Virus record (IMG/VR): IMGVR_UViG_3300009034_000863
DNA length: 64,000 bases
Origin: an uncultured virus (IMG/VR IMGVR_UViG_3300009034_000863)
Lineage: Duplodnaviria; Heunggongvirae; Uroviricota; Caudoviricetes
Reading direction: 5' to 3' (one strand)
Shown: positions 9,991 through 19,685 of the stretch, in pieces
How the letters are laid out: every line of letters starts with the position of its first letter
Position numbering within the stretch: position 1 is the first letter of the stretch
Notes under the pieces: model-generated
The model's database searches: none
What the model saw: only the letters and a program-made list of their open reading frames with translations
What the model was told of the DNA's origin: nothing
Program-made: the position numbers and the translations under genes

Positions 9991-10467
9991 TTGGTATTTG
10001 GTAAGAAAAAAACAAGGGAAGAAAAGCAAGCGGAGAAGAAAAGGAAGAAAAGAATCAAGAAGTTCAAGGGACTTGTCAAACATATAAGAAGTGAACTAAA
10101 GAAGTACAATCATTTGAAAAGTACTATTCCAGCTAGACCAAGAGATGTTTCTCATTGTGTCGTTATGGCTATGGGATTACTGTCAGACAATGGCTTTGAA
10201 CCTTCTTTACAAATGCTTCCTGAGTCTGGTATTATTTCAGTCATTGGATTCAAGAAGAGAGGACCATCTAAGATACAAATGGTCTACAGGATGTTCACAA
10301 ATGATTTTCTTGTCAGAGCAGGATATGGCAAATCTGAGATGCCTTCTAGAGAAGAGAAATTTCCTTATACTCAGATGTGGCAAGCAATTCAGACTTTAGT
10401 TGCTGACATGAGATTTCTACAGTCAGATCCAGGCAAGATTAATCATCCATCTTACTTAGACAGGTGA
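9991..10467 (+). CDS. basic hypothetical protein
   Basis: Lys-rich N-terminus. Confidence 0.65.
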   Translation: MVFGKKKTREEKQAEKKRKKRIKKFKGLVKHIRSELKKYNHLKSTIPARPRDVSHCVVMAMGLLSDNGFEPSLQMLPESGIISVIGFKKRGPSKIQMVYRMFTNDFLVRAGYGKSEMPSREEKFPYTQMWQAIQTLVADMRFLQSDPGKINHPSYLDR

Positions 10468-10652
10468 AATACTTGGCAGATGATAAGGTAGATGAGAAGG
10501 AGTTCATTGTACAAGCAACTAATGTCATGGACGCTGCTATCTTTAGGGAAGCACTTCAGACTCTCAATTCTGTGAAGAAAATATTTAGAGGGAAGATCAG
10601 AATTAGAGGTACTAAAGTAATTGCCAAACTTAGAAAGAATGAGGAGGAGTGA
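10464..10652 (+). CDS. hypothetical protein
   Basis: GTGA overlaps on both sides. Confidence 0.55.
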   Translation: MKYLADDKVDEKEFIVQATNVMDAAIFREALQTLNSVKKIFRGKIRIRGTKVIAKLRKNEEE

Positions 10653-10903
10653 CTGATTTGGGAGATATATACTGCCTCTTTTGGACTTGCAAGAAAGCAA
10701 TGAGGGACGACTGTCCTAATCCTACTGCTAAAGTTGCTGTCGAAGACTTTACATTACCAGAGATGGAAAATAGGTACCCAACCTACAATTTCTGTCAGGC
10801 TTGGGAACAGAACGATGAGGAAGAAGATGAGTGCATAGAAGAGAAGCCAACAGGCATTAAAGAAACAAGTTCTAAAGTAAGCGTCAGGGTGAAAATGTCT
10901 TGA
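10649..10903 (+). CDS. Cys-containing hypothetical protein
   Basis: GTGA overlap, GAGGAGG SD. Confidence 0.55.
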   Translation: MTDLGDIYCLFWTCKKAMRDDCPNPTAKVAVEDFTLPEMENRYPTYNFCQAWEQNDEEEDECIEEKPTGIKETSSKVSVRVKMS

Positions 10904-11349
10904 GAGTTAAACCTCCTCCAGTAAGAATAGATATGGAAGACTTGGTGATATTTCCTGAAGAAAATAAAAAATGGAAAGATTCAGGTGAGGGTGGACTAGC
11001 AGTCTTCTTTGTTCTTCTGAATAGAGAAGATAATGTTAAGAGACAGAAATGTTGTGCTGGAGATATATATTGGACTGAACATAATGTTGTTGCTGGTCCA
11101 AAAAAATATAGAAAATTAAATAATGAACTGTCTACTGCTGGAAAAGGTCATCGTCTTCATACTGGAATGACTCCAGTGGACTTAGCTATGTTGATTGCTT
11201 CAACAAATAAATCCTTGTATGATGTTGATGAAGGTTATTATTTTGTGACAGAGAAGAAAGATCTTACTCCAAGAGGTCTTCAACTCTTTCACTTGATAAC
11301 AACTATCTATAAACATCCTCCAGATATAGTTACTCTGCTAGACACTTAG
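10900..11349 (+). CDS. hypothetical protein
   Basis: 149 aa ORF. Confidence 0.65.
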   Translation: MRVKPPPVRIDMEDLVIFPEENKKWKDSGEGGLAVFFVLLNREDNVKRQKCCAGDIYWTEHNVVAGPKKYRKLNNELSTAGKGHRLHTGMTPVDLAMLIASTNKSLYDVDEGYYFVTEKKDLTPRGLQLFHLITTIYKHPPDIVTLLDT

Positions 11350-11528
11350 GAGAGAAGTACTATGTGGGCTAGACCTTCCCTTATCAGTCTGAAGAAAAGA
11401 TACCTTTGTACTAAGCCTAGTGATTGTGATAGGAAGGAAAAGAGAATCACTGGTAGAGGTGGAAGAGTAATATTCTTGTGTAACTGGTGGGGCTATTGCA
11501 GATATCAGGATAGGGAGAAAAGGAAGAG

Positions 11529-11714
11529 ATGACAAAGAAGAAAACAAGTATTGCACTTGACGAGAACCTGATATCTTGGATAGATAAAAAGATCAGACAG
11601 AAATATTTTGCTAGCAGAACTCATGCGATAGAGTTCTCTCTTCAAAGAGTTAAAGATCAGATGGATAAAGAAGAAGTAGAAGCACTTGAAGGATTAGGAG
11701 CTTTATTTGGATGA
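11529..11714 (+). CDS. ribbon-helix-helix transcription regulator (CopG/Arc/MetJ)
   Basis: KTSIALDENLISWID...YFASRTHAIE. Confidence 0.75.
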   Translation: MTKKKTSIALDENLISWIDKKIRQKYFASRTHAIEFSLQRVKDQMDKEEVEALEGLGALFG

Positions 11715-12106
11715 GTTGTAGATGTCCAGCTGGAAGCAGAGATGTAAAGATAGAATATTGTCTGCTGGAATGTGATCCAGAAGTTATGCAACATTGTCCT
11801 TCAATAATGAAGCTAGCTTTAGAAGCTAAGTGTGCTGACTGTGGAATAGGATTTAACTATTACAGTCTTTGGTGTAATCTTGCTAGAAGAGGTGCAACCT
11901 CTAAATGTGCAAGTCACCCTGAACATCTTCTGTGTAATGAATGTAGAATCAAGAGAGGAATAAAATTGTCTGGCGATAATATTGGGGAAGAAATCTGTAA
12001 ATATTGTGGAGAGAATCCACATTACAAGATAGGAACTGAAGATCATATTGGTAGCTGCTCATATTGTACATATGGAGTATGTACTCACTGTGGGAATGAG
12101 ACATGA
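11711..12106 (+). CDS. Cys-rich multi-Zn-finger protein
   Basis: Several CxxC pairs. Confidence 0.65.
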   Translation: MSCRCPAGSRDVKIEYCLLECDPEVMQHCPSIMKLALEAKCADCGIGFNYYSLWCNLARRGATSKCASHPEHLLCNECRIKRGIKLSGDNIGEEICKYCGENPHYKIGTEDHIGSCSYCTYGVCTHCGNET

Positions 12107-12357
12107 CTGAATCTAAGATTAAAGTATTCAAAGCAGGAGACAGAATAAGAATAAAAGAGGATATAAAAACTTCAGATGGAAAGTTCATATATCTCAGAGG
12201 GGGAGAAACAGGAGAGATACTCTCTATCAGTCAACATTCAAGATATCCTATTAATGCTAGATTGGACAATGGAACGACAGCTACCTTACATTTTTCAGAA
12301 ATAGAAAAAGTCGAGTACAAGAAATGGTCTCAAACTGAAGGAAAAGTAAATGAGTAA
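12103..12357 (+). CDS. SH3/KOW-like small beta-barrel protein with WxQ tag
   Basis: FKAGDRIRI...GETGEI...YP...EIE; YKKWSQ. Confidence 0.75.
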   Translation: MTESKIKVFKAGDRIRIKEDIKTSDGKFIYLRGGETGEILSISQHSRYPINARLDNGTTATLHFSEIEKVEYKKWSQTEGKVNE

Positions 12358-12604
12358 TTCTAAAATAGGGAACTTCAAGAAAGGGGATAGAGTCAGAATC
12401 AGGAGTGATATTAAAGATCTTATGGGAGGGAAGACTGTTGCAAGGCGAGGTGCTTTTGCAACAATTGTTCATATAGAAAAAGCCTTGAGCTATCCTATAA
12501 TTCTTCAGATGAAGAAAGATGGCACAAGATTTCAAGTATTAGCTGAAGAGATAGAGATGTGGAAGAGAAATGGTGATAAATGGCAACAGTGGGAAGGATC
12601 ATGA
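12350..12604 (+). CDS. SH3/KOW-like protein with WxQ tag
   Basis: FKKGDRVRI; DKWQQ. Confidence 0.75.
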   Translation: MSNSKIGNFKKGDRVRIRSDIKDLMGGKTVARRGAFATIVHIEKALSYPIILQMKKDGTRFQVLAEEIEMWKRNGDKWQQWEGS

Positions 12605-12843
12605 CTGAGAAAATAATAATTGTTACTGAGATATGTCCAGCCTGTAAGGCTGCTAAAATGAGTCTTACTGTTATGGGACTCATTAACAAAGTCAAGTTGG
12701 TAGATGCTAATTCTTCTGAAGGACAGAAGTTTGTTAGGAAACTTGGGATAAAATATGTTCCTCAACATATTATTGTCAAGAATAACAAGCCTAAGAAAGT
12801 TACTGAGGCAGAATTCACTAGGGCTTTATTAGAGGAAAAATAG
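12601..12843 (+). CDS. thioredoxin/glutaredoxin-like protein
   Basis: CPAC active-site motif and YVP cis-Pro loop. Confidence 0.7.
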   Translation: MTEKIIIVTEICPACKAAKMSLTVMGLINKVKLVDANSSEGQKFVRKLGIKYVPQHIIVKNNKPKKVTEAEFTRALLEEK

Positions 12844-12844
12844 G

Positions 12845-13066
12845 ATGAGACTTAAATTCAAAGTTGGGGACAGAGTCAGAGTAAAAAAGGATATAACAGA
12901 TGGTCCATTGACACTTGCTTATAAGGGAGAACTGGGAACAGTAAAAGTTGCTCAATGGGGAAGAGTCTGGGTTCCTTATGATGTAAAACTGGATAGTGGT
13001 CAGCTACTTTCTTTTGAAGGAAAAGAATTAGATCATGCAACTGGTAATAAATGGATGCAGGGTTAG
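12845..13066 (+). CDS. SH3/KOW-like protein with WxQ tag
   Basis: FKVGDRVRV; NKWMQG. Confidence 0.75.
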   Translation: MRLKFKVGDRVRVKKDITDGPLTLAYKGELGTVKVAQWGRVWVPYDVKLDSGQLLSFEGKELDHATGNKWMQG

Positions 13067-13070
13067 AGAG

Positions 13071-13292
13071 ATGACACCTAAGAAGTTCAAGATAGGAGAC
13101 AGAGTTGAAGTACTTAAGAATGTGGAAAGTTACGCTTCAAAAGGAGACAGAGGAAAAGTAACATATGTTTCTTCAAGTACTGGAAAAGGGGAATATCCTT
13201 ATGCTGTAAAGCTAGAAAAAAATGGAGAGAATGTTTCTTTTATTGCTAGAGAACTAAAGCGTATAGAACCTGATAAATGGATGCAGGTTTAG
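13071..13292 (+). CDS. SH3/KOW-like protein with WxQ tag
   Basis: FKIGDRVEV; DKWMQV. Confidence 0.75.
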   Translation: MTPKKFKIGDRVEVLKNVESYASKGDRGKVTYVSSSTGKGEYPYAVKLEKNGENVSFIARELKRIEPDKWMQV

Positions 13293-13296
13293 AAGG

Positions 13297-13521
13297 ATGA
13301 AACCCAAGTTCAAGAAAGGAGATAAAGTGAGGTTGTTAAGAAGAATAGAGTTCTGGAATGGAAGAGATTTTATTAGAGCCAGAGTAGGGAATACTGGAAT
13401 TATAACTGATATTTTAAAAGAAACTCCTTATCCCTATGAAATTAAACTTGAATCTGGTGTTCTTAATGTGGAAGAAGAGGAAATTGAATTAGCTGATTAC
13501 AAACAATGGTCTCAAGTTTAG
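13297..13521 (+). CDS. SH3/KOW-like protein with WxQ tag
   Basis: FKKGDKVRL; YKQWSQV. Confidence 0.75.
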   Translation: MKPKFKKGDKVRLLRRIEFWNGRDFIRARVGNTGIITDILKETPYPYEIKLESGVLNVEEEEIELADYKQWSQV

Positions 13522-14042
13522 GAAGTGTTAATATGGCACCTAAAGAAAAAAAGGAACAGGAAGATCAAGAAGAAAGTCTAAAAGATAATGAATGGACAGT
13601 GAAGTTCCCAGAGGGAGAATTTCCAATAGAAGTAAAAGGCACCCCTCTACAAGTAAAGTACAGAAAGGACATGAGGACTGTTGTTGTCATTCCAGATGGG
13701 GATATTCAGAAATATCTGTACATGAAGGCTTTGAATAGAATTAACAACACTATAACACTGAAAGCGTTTGTGGAAGGAAGAGTTGCAATAACAATAAAAG
13801 TTCCTACTCGACGTACTGTTTTTGAGTCTAGAAACAAAGAAAGAATCGGTGTGGTACATAATTTACATGAAGACACAGAAGGTGTCAAGAACGGTTACTG
13901 GTTATTCCAAGGGGGACTCTTACGAAAAGAAAAGGATCAAGTAAAACTTATATTCGACATGTTCAAACAGAACAGAAATGGAGAGAAGCTAGCTTTATCT
14001 GGAGTAGATATTTCAAACAAGAGAAAGATGTTCATATACTAG
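13506..14042 (+). CDS. hypothetical protein
   Basis: 178 aa ORF. Confidence 0.7.
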   Translation: MVSSLGSVNMAPKEKKEQEDQEESLKDNEWTVKFPEGEFPIEVKGTPLQVKYRKDMRTVVVIPDGDIQKYLYMKALNRINNTITLKAFVEGRVAITIKVPTRRTVFESRNKERIGVVHNLHEDTEGVKNGYWLFQGGLLRKEKDQVKLIFDMFKQNRNGEKLALSGVDISNKRKMFIY

Positions 14043-14052
14043 AGGCTTATAG

Positions 14053-14274
14053 ATGGTGAAGACCAAGTTCAATATAGGTGATGAAATAGTTATTATTCCT
14101 ATGGAAAGATCAGACCCGAAACATTCTAGAGGAGTAATAGAAAAGATCGTTATAAATGAACATGTGTATTATAAGGTTATTTGCAGATGTGGAGCACCAT
14201 TTGAAAGTCTAGAAGAAGGAGATCTCAGACTACTTGGTTCAAAGAGGGAACATAAATGGAGACAGAGTCCTTAA
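14053..14274 (+). CDS. SH3/KOW-like protein with WxQ tag
   Basis: FNIGDEIVI; HKWRQSP. Confidence 0.75.
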   Translation: MVKTKFNIGDEIVIIPMERSDPKHSRGVIEKIVINEHVYYKVICRCGAPFESLEEGDLRLLGSKREHKWRQSP

Positions 14275-14379
14275 AGGAAACTAGAGAAATATTGTCTGAT
14301 AGAATTTTAATGGAAGCTATCAGAAGAGCAAGGTCAAAGGGTAGTACTTCTAGTCCATACAAACCATTAGTGGAGACAG

Positions 14380-14604
14380 ATGAGAATGCCACTAATTCTG
14401 GAAACTAGACTTCACTTGACAGAAGTTAGGGAACAGATAGAAGATGTAATCTTAGCTGAATGCAGGAACTGGGTTTTTAGAAAATATATCCAGCCTAAAC
14501 TTAAAAAAATAATCAAGCATATTGACGAGGTTCTAGAAGAAGAGGAAGAAGACAAGGAGGTAGAAGCAGTTGCTGTGGTTAAAACTAAAGAATCTAAGAC
14601 ATAG
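14380..14604 (+). CDS. hypothetical protein
   Basis: ORF. Confidence 0.55.
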   Translation: MRMPLILETRLHLTEVREQIEDVILAECRNWVFRKYIQPKLKKIIKHIDEVLEEEEEDKEVEAVAVVKTKESKT

Positions 14605-14914
14605 AAAATGTCCATATCTTTCAGAATGTACCCATACTACTATGGGTATTACTGAATTTAAGGAGAAATGTCTCTCCTTCTTTGGACATAATAGTTGCTA
14701 CTCCTTTGAAAATAAACTCAAAAGAGATGAAGATCATAAGAAGGACATGAAAAGAACTAAAAAAAGAGAAAAGAAACAGCTTAAGAGGCTAGAAAAAGAA
14801 AAGAAGACAGCTTCTAAATTTAAGGTCACAGTTTCAGAACGTCATTATCCTAATGATTGGAGTTCTTTAATAGGAAAGAAAGATGGGTGGGTTCAAGACG
14901 ATGGGGATAATTGA
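14570..14914 (+). CDS. 4-Cys domain protein with WVQ tag
   Basis: CPYLSEC...FKEKC...C...YPNDW; DGWVQ; resembles the C-terminal domain of 40099..40605. Confidence 0.6.
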   Translation: MLWLKLKNLRHRKCPYLSECTHTTMGITEFKEKCLSFFGHNSCYSFENKLKRDEDHKKDMKRTKKREKKQLKRLEKEKKTASKFKVTVSERHYPNDWSSLIGKKDGWVQDDGDN

Positions 14915-15269
14915 CAAGTGCAAGAAGATCACTCAGACAAAGATGGATAAGATACTTGCCATCCCAGATCATGTAAACAGGATAGAAGAAATGCTTCTTG
15001 AACTAGAGAAAAGTTATGATGAAATTCAAGGAGAACTAATTTTTGAAGTAGGTGCTTATGAAGGAAGGAAAGCTACAACTGTTGTCTGGATTGAAGTGGT
15101 AGTATCTTTAACTCATCATCATCCTACTGTTCTGAGATTTCAGAAGATAGGAAGAACTATTTATGTCATGCCTCTTCTTGAATGGGAAGAGAATTTAAGT
15201 ATGTCTTGTGATGATTGTAGACCAAAGATCAAGGAATTATTCAAGAAGAGAATAGAGGAACTGATATGA
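14883..15269 (+). CDS. hypothetical protein
   Basis: 128 aa ORF. Confidence 0.6.
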   Translation: MGGFKTMGIIDKCKKITQTKMDKILAIPDHVNRIEEMLLELEKSYDEIQGELIFEVGAYEGRKATTVVWIEVVVSLTHHHPTVLRFQKIGRTIYVMPLLEWEENLSMSCDDCRPKIKELFKKRIEELI

Positions 15270-15444
15270 GAGAGAAGTCTAAGGAAGAGAAGATCAAAGA
15301 ACTTCTTTCTCAAATTCCTGACTTGAGAAAAAAGCATGGGAACTTGGAGTTAGTTCCTTTAATAGAGTTCTGGTCCCTTTCTAATAAAGTAATGAGAATT
15401 AAATCTCAGATAGAAAGGTTACTTCAGTAACAGAGGAGAGAAAC

Positions 15445-15897
15445 TTGGTAGAAATCGAGAAGTGTAGACTATGTGCTAAATGTTGCAAAGGATGCATCTT
15501 TCTATATTTCGAGGGACTATTTGGATGCCTAATATACAAAAATAAACAAAGGAGACCTATATACTGGCGAGATATACTTGAATGTCAATCTTGGAGAATG
15601 AGGTTTTTCTCGTTACTAGAAGACATATTGAAACATACTGTGAACACAACTTATTACAGAGAGAGAAAAAGGGAAGGGGTTTGTGCTGTACATACATGCT
15701 TTAATTTTGAAGAACTTAAATTGGAATCACTCTTATCCAACTTTGACAAGAGAGTACGAAAGTTCAGAGAAGACCGAGTGAAGATATACAGAGCTAGAAA
15801 ACTTCTTTCAAGAATGGGTCCTATGTTTGAATTCAAGAGAATTGTTGAGACTATCAACTTGTTAGCAGAGTTGGAGGTGCCATCAAGAAGATGGTAG
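15445..15897 (+). CDS. CxxCxxCC (YkgJ-like) metal-cluster protein, paralog 1
   Basis: CRLCAKCC...GCLIY...C...C. Confidence 0.65.
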   Translation: MVEIEKCRLCAKCCKGCIFLYFEGLFGCLIYKNKQRRPIYWRDILECQSWRMRFFSLLEDILKHTVNTTYYRERKREGVCAVHTCFNFEELKLESLLSNFDKRVRKFREDRVKIYRARKLLSRMGPMFEFKRIVETINLLAELEVPSRRW

Positions 15898-16316
15898 AAA
15901 TACCTATCTGTAGACTCTGTGCAGTTTGCTGTTATAGATGTCTCTTTCTAGAATTGAAAGATGGACTTTTCGGGTGCCTGATTTATAATAATAAAGGAAG
16001 AAGTCCTTTCCCTGCTGATATTTTCAAACTCTTCAATGATGAAGAACTTGAAGTTCAATTACTTTGGAGGATACAAGTTTTAATTGAGGGACACAAGTCA
16101 GGAGTTTGTGATAGTCATTACTGTACTTGGTTAAATCATTTTGTTGAGAAAGGAAAGTTCAGAAAGAAAGATTATAGGCTCTTTTCAGGTGATTACACTA
16201 AGCTAGTTAGAAGTTTCAGAGAAACTACTCAAAAGATTATTCAAGAAGGAAGAAACCATATCTCTGACTTCAAGAGTTTTGTAGAAACGATGAACAATAT
16301 CGGTGAAGCTTCTTGA
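15891..16316 (+). CDS. CxxCxxCC (YkgJ-like) metal-cluster protein, paralog 2
   Basis: CRLCAVCC...GCLIY; tandem duplicate of the previous gene. Confidence 0.65.
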   Translation: MVEIPICRLCAVCCYRCLFLELKDGLFGCLIYNNKGRSPFPADIFKLFNDEELEVQLLWRIQVLIEGHKSGVCDSHYCTWLNHFVEKGKFRKKDYRLFSGDYTKLVRSFRETTQKIIQEGRNHISDFKSFVETMNNIGEAS

Positions 16317-16552
16317 CAAGATTGAAATGTCCATTTCGAGTTGAAGACAGAGTAGAAATTATCAAGCAAGTTGGTTCAATCAAGCCAGGAATCACAGGGA
16401 CTGTTAGGAGAATAGACGATAATATAATGGAACAGAGCTTCTGGATTGTAGTCCAATTTGATAGAAAACATGCAGGTTATCGTACAGAACTTTCCTTTAA
16501 AATAAATGAGCTAAAATTGCTTTCTGATTCTAAATGGAGACAAAAACCCTAA
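16313..16552 (+). CDS. SH3/KOW-like protein with WxQ tag
   Basis: FRVEDRVEI; SKWRQKP. Confidence 0.75.
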   Translation: MTRLKCPFRVEDRVEIIKQVGSIKPGITGTVRRIDDNIMEQSFWIVVQFDRKHAGYRTELSFKINELKLLSDSKWRQKP

Positions 16553-16782
16553 AAGATGGGTTCTATTTGAGTGATCACAAGTTCAGAGTTGGAGATATAG
16601 TTTATGTTAAAGACAATTTCGGTCCACCAGAGATGAGAGGAGTACAAGGTTTAGTTGTTAAAGTAGATGGTATGTGGATTCGAGTCAGTCTTGAGACAAA
16701 AGAGAAAGTTGTAACCACATATCCATTTCTGAAGAATGAAATATCATTTCAGCGGTCAGATCGGTGGAGACAGTCACCCTAA
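16534..16782 (+). CDS. SH3/KOW-like protein with WxQ tag
   Basis: FRVGDIVYV; DRWRQSP. Confidence 0.75.
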   Translation: METKTLKDGFYLSDHKFRVGDIVYVKDNFGPPEMRGVQGLVVKVDGMWIRVSLETKEKVVTTYPFLKNEISFQRSDRWRQSP

Positions 16783-16801
16783 ATTACTGGAGAAGAATTG
16801 A

Positions 16802-17023
16802 GTGTCAGAATGTCCTTTTAAGCTTGGAGACAGAGTTCGAGTAGTTAGAACAGTTGAAAGAGCCAAGCCAGGAGACAAGGGTATAGTTACAAAAATAGAG
16901 ACTGTTGATGACACTCTTCTGGTAAGAGTTAATTTAAAAGTACCAAAGAAACAAAAACCAGTAAGAGCTTATTTCAGAACTAATCAACTCAAGTTAATTG
17001 ATAGATGGAAGCAGAAAATATGA
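16802..17023 (+). CDS. SH3/KOW-like protein with WxQ tag
   Basis: FKLGDRVRV; DRWKQKI. Confidence 0.75.
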   Translation: MSECPFKLGDRVRVVRTVERAKPGDKGIVTKIETVDDTLLVRVNLKVPKKQKPVRAYFRTNQLKLIDRWKQKI

Positions 17024-18036
17024 AAATATTGAAAAATATAAAGGTGCCAACTGGGAATATACTGATAGTCAAAGGAGACAATGGACTGATTGAGATGTTG
17101 TCTCTTGGAGACTATGGGAAACAAGTAAACCTGAAATGTGATGCTCTTGGATTAACAAGAGATATTGAGAGAGTACTACATACTCAGATGTTACCTCTTG
17201 AAACCAAGTGGGTAATAACTGTTTCTACTCAATATGGATGCTCTATGGGATGTTTGTTCTGTGATTGCTGGATGGTTGGTCCAGGAGTCAATTGTACTTT
17301 TAATGATTTGATTAAACAGATTCTAACTGGTATCAAGCTCCATCCAGAAGTTACATTCACAAAGAGATTGAATATTCATTTTGCTAGGATGGGAGAAGGT
17401 ACATGGAATCCTCATATTCTAGATGCTGCTAAATGGTTAAAGGAACACATTGACTCAGAGTATAAGATTCACCCAGTAGTATCAACAATGATGCCAAGGA
17501 AGAATGAATGGCTGAAGACTTTTATTCATACTTGGATGAGAATCAAGAATAGATTGCTTAGAGGAGAGGCAGGTCTTCAGCTAAGTATTAATTCTACTAA
17601 TGAAAAAGAAAGAGCCAAGATGTTCAATGGAAATGCTCTGACACTCTTTGAGATACATAAATTGATGCAAGGGATAGTACCTAATGGCAGAAAGATAACT
17701 CTTAACTTTGCAGTGGCTGACTGGGAAATAGACCCTCATGTACTTCGTCAATACTTTGATCCTGATGATTATATAGTGAAGCTAACACCTATGCATAAGA
17801 CAAGAGTTGCAGAAGAAAATAATATTAGAACTAAAGGTGATTACACTACAATTGCTCCATACAAAAAGATAGAAGAATCTCTTAAAGCAGTAGGATTTGA
17901 TGTTCTAGTCTTCATAGCTTCTAAAGAAGAAGACTTAGGTAGAATCACTTGTGGAAATGTAATCCTTTCGGGGACTGTACCAGAAGTACCATATGAGGTA
18001 ATACATGATGAGCTACATGTTTCAAAGACTCACTAG
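17020..18036 (+). CDS. radical SAM enzyme, RlmN/Cfr-like
   Basis: VSTQYGCSMGCLFC (CxxxCxxC), RMGE, LQLSINS, C-terminal TCG. Confidence 0.8.
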   Translation: MKILKNIKVPTGNILIVKGDNGLIEMLSLGDYGKQVNLKCDALGLTRDIERVLHTQMLPLETKWVITVSTQYGCSMGCLFCDCWMVGPGVNCTFNDLIKQILTGIKLHPEVTFTKRLNIHFARMGEGTWNPHILDAAKWLKEHIDSEYKIHPVVSTMMPRKNEWLKTFIHTWMRIKNRLLRGEAGLQLSINSTNEKERAKMFNGNALTLFEIHKLMQGIVPNGRKITLNFAVADWEIDPHVLRQYFDPDDYIVKLTPMHKTRVAEENNIRTKGDYTTIAPYKKIEESLKAVGFDVLVFIASKEEDLGRITCGNVILSGTVPEVPYEVIHDELHVSKTH

Positions 18037-18247
18037 AGTTTCTTACCGAGGAGCAAGGGTAGGAGACAAAGTCTTAATTCTCTATGGTGAAAACAAGAGA
18101 AAAGTAGGACAAATTAGAAGAATAGCTAAAGGAGATATGTTCCCATTTAAAGTGAAAGTTGAAGGCTTGCCAACTATTATCTCTTACTCGAAAATGGATT
18201 TCAGAGTATTGAAAGATGAATGGATTCAAGAAGGAGAGACCCGATGA
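18005..18247 (+). CDS. KOW/SH3-like protein with WxQ tag
   Basis: RVGDKVLILYGENKRKVG; DEWIQ. Confidence 0.7.
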   Translation: MMSYMFQRLTRVSYRGARVGDKVLILYGENKRKVGQIRRIAKGDMFPFKVKVEGLPTIISYSKMDFRVLKDEWIQEGETR

Positions 18248-18486
18248 AGTTTGAACTTGGAGATAGAGTATTTATTATTCAGAATTCGGGTAACTTGAGA
18301 AAGGGTGATGAGGGAACAGTAATAAAAATTGATACTGGACTACAACAAAGTCATCCATACCTTGTTGAATTCAACTTGGCAAGAAGGTATCCACCTAAAT
18401 ATCGTTCTTGGATGAGTGAAGGAATTCTAGAAGGAAAGGAGTACAAACCATGGTCCCAAACAGATTCAAAAGAGGAGACAAGATAA
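18244..18486 (+). CDS. SH3/KOW-like protein with WxQ tag
   Basis: FELGDRVFI; YKPWSQ. Confidence 0.75.
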   Translation: MKFELGDRVFIIQNSGNLRKGDEGTVIKIDTGLQQSHPYLVEFNLARRYPPKYRSWMSEGILEGKEYKPWSQTDSKEETR

Positions 18487-18665
18487 TTAGTAACAAACTT
18501 GCCGAAGCTGTTCCTATAGGAACTAAAGGAACGGTTCAAGCAACTGTAAAATCACCAGCTGGAATTGAGTATCTTATTTCATTTGAGGATGTTAGACCCA
18601 CAATATGGGTTAAAGAGGATGCAATAGAATTTCAGGAGTACAAGGCATGGTCTCAAACAAGTTGA
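18450..18665 (+). CDS. SH3/KOW-like protein with WxQ tag
   Basis: FKRGDKII...GTKGTV; YKAWSQ. Confidence 0.75.
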   Translation: MVPNRFKRGDKIISNKLAEAVPIGTKGTVQATVKSPAGIEYLISFEDVRPTIWVKEDAIEFQEYKAWSQTS

Positions 18666-18865
18666 GAGTAGGAGACACAGTAGCTCTTACAATTAACTTA
18701 ATTGGTATTCCTCTGGGAACTGAGGGAGAAATAGCTAGGACTTCAAGAGGACTAGACCGTCCATATTGTGTACACTTTAAAACTTCATCTGGAACAAAAA
18801 TAAAATGGGTTCGGAGAGGCTGGATAAAATTAACGAGGTACAAACCTTGGGGACAGATAAGTTAG
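18647..18865 (+). CDS. SH3/KOW-like protein with WxQ tag
   Basis: LRVGDTVAL...GTEGEI; YKPWGQ. Confidence 0.75.
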   Translation: MVSNKLRVGDTVALTINLIGIPLGTEGEIARTSRGLDRPYCVHFKTSSGTKIKWVRRGWIKLTRYKPWGQIS

Positions 18866-19025
18866 TTGCAGTCGGAGTTACTTTCTGGAACATTGACTGG
18901 GAATATGAATGGACCAGAGATTTCATCATAGAACATGAACCTAGCAAGGAATGGCTTCGATCTTTATATGATGGAGTTAATGAAGCAATAGATTTTGAGA
19001 TACTCGGTGAAGTTGTGAAGAGAAA

Positions 19026-19235
19026 ATGACATCTTTTACTGTTGGTGATACTGTCATTCTCAAAAAAGAAATTTCTTCTGATCTGATTAAAGGGACTAAA
19101 GGAAGAGTTAAACAACTGGGTGGAGGAGCAATCTTAGTAAGATTCTTTCTGAAAAACAAGAAGTTTTTTGAAACTTGGGTATGGCATGAAGACATTAGAA
19201 AGGCTAAATATGAGATCTGGAGTCAGATAAAATGA
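19026..19235 (+). CDS. SH3/KOW-like protein with WxQ tag
   Basis: FTVGDTVIL...GTKGRV; YEIWSQ. Confidence 0.75.
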   Translation: MTSFTVGDTVILKKEISSDLIKGTKGRVKQLGGGAILVRFFLKNKKFFETWVWHEDIRKAKYEIWSQIK

Positions 19236-19492
19236 CTGAAAAAGACAAAGTTGATGAATTAATAGAAGCAGGTATTGATCCTTCTCTTATGAACATTCTT
19301 CTTAGAAATGGAGTGGGATGCTACCACTGTATATTTAAGAAGAAATGTTTGACTTACACAATGACTGATGAGGAATATTTCAGTAAGCTAGCCGATTATT
19401 GTATGATAAAAAGGTGTCCAATAGTATTTGCAGCTTATCCAGAAGACTTGAGCATTTGGACAGATGGAGTTGAAATCTATGAAGTTCAGTAA
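19232..19492 (+). CDS. Cys-containing hypothetical protein
   Basis: CYHC...C...C...CP. Confidence 0.6.
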   Translation: MTEKDKVDELIEAGIDPSLMNILLRNGVGCYHCIFKKKCLTYTMTDEEYFSKLADYCMIKRCPIVFAAYPEDLSIWTDGVEIYEVQ

Positions 19493-19685
19493 AGGAGACA
19501 AGATTGTTACAAATCGGTATCTTGGCAGACATCTTCCAAGAGGAACAAAAGGGTTCGTTAGTGCTCCTGGTACTGAATCAAGTTATGTCTTTTTGTACGG
19601 CAAGAACTGGTACAGACCCACAATGTGGGTTAGTAATGAACATTTAGATTTAAGGGAATATGAACAATGGAGTCAAGTAAGATGA
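19479..19685 (+). CDS. SH3/KOW-like protein with WxQ tag
   Basis: FSKGDKIV...GTKGFV; YEQWSQ. Confidence 0.75.
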   Translation: MKFSKGDKIVTNRYLGRHLPRGTKGFVSAPGTESSYVFLYGKNWYRPTMWVSNEHLDLREYEQWSQVR

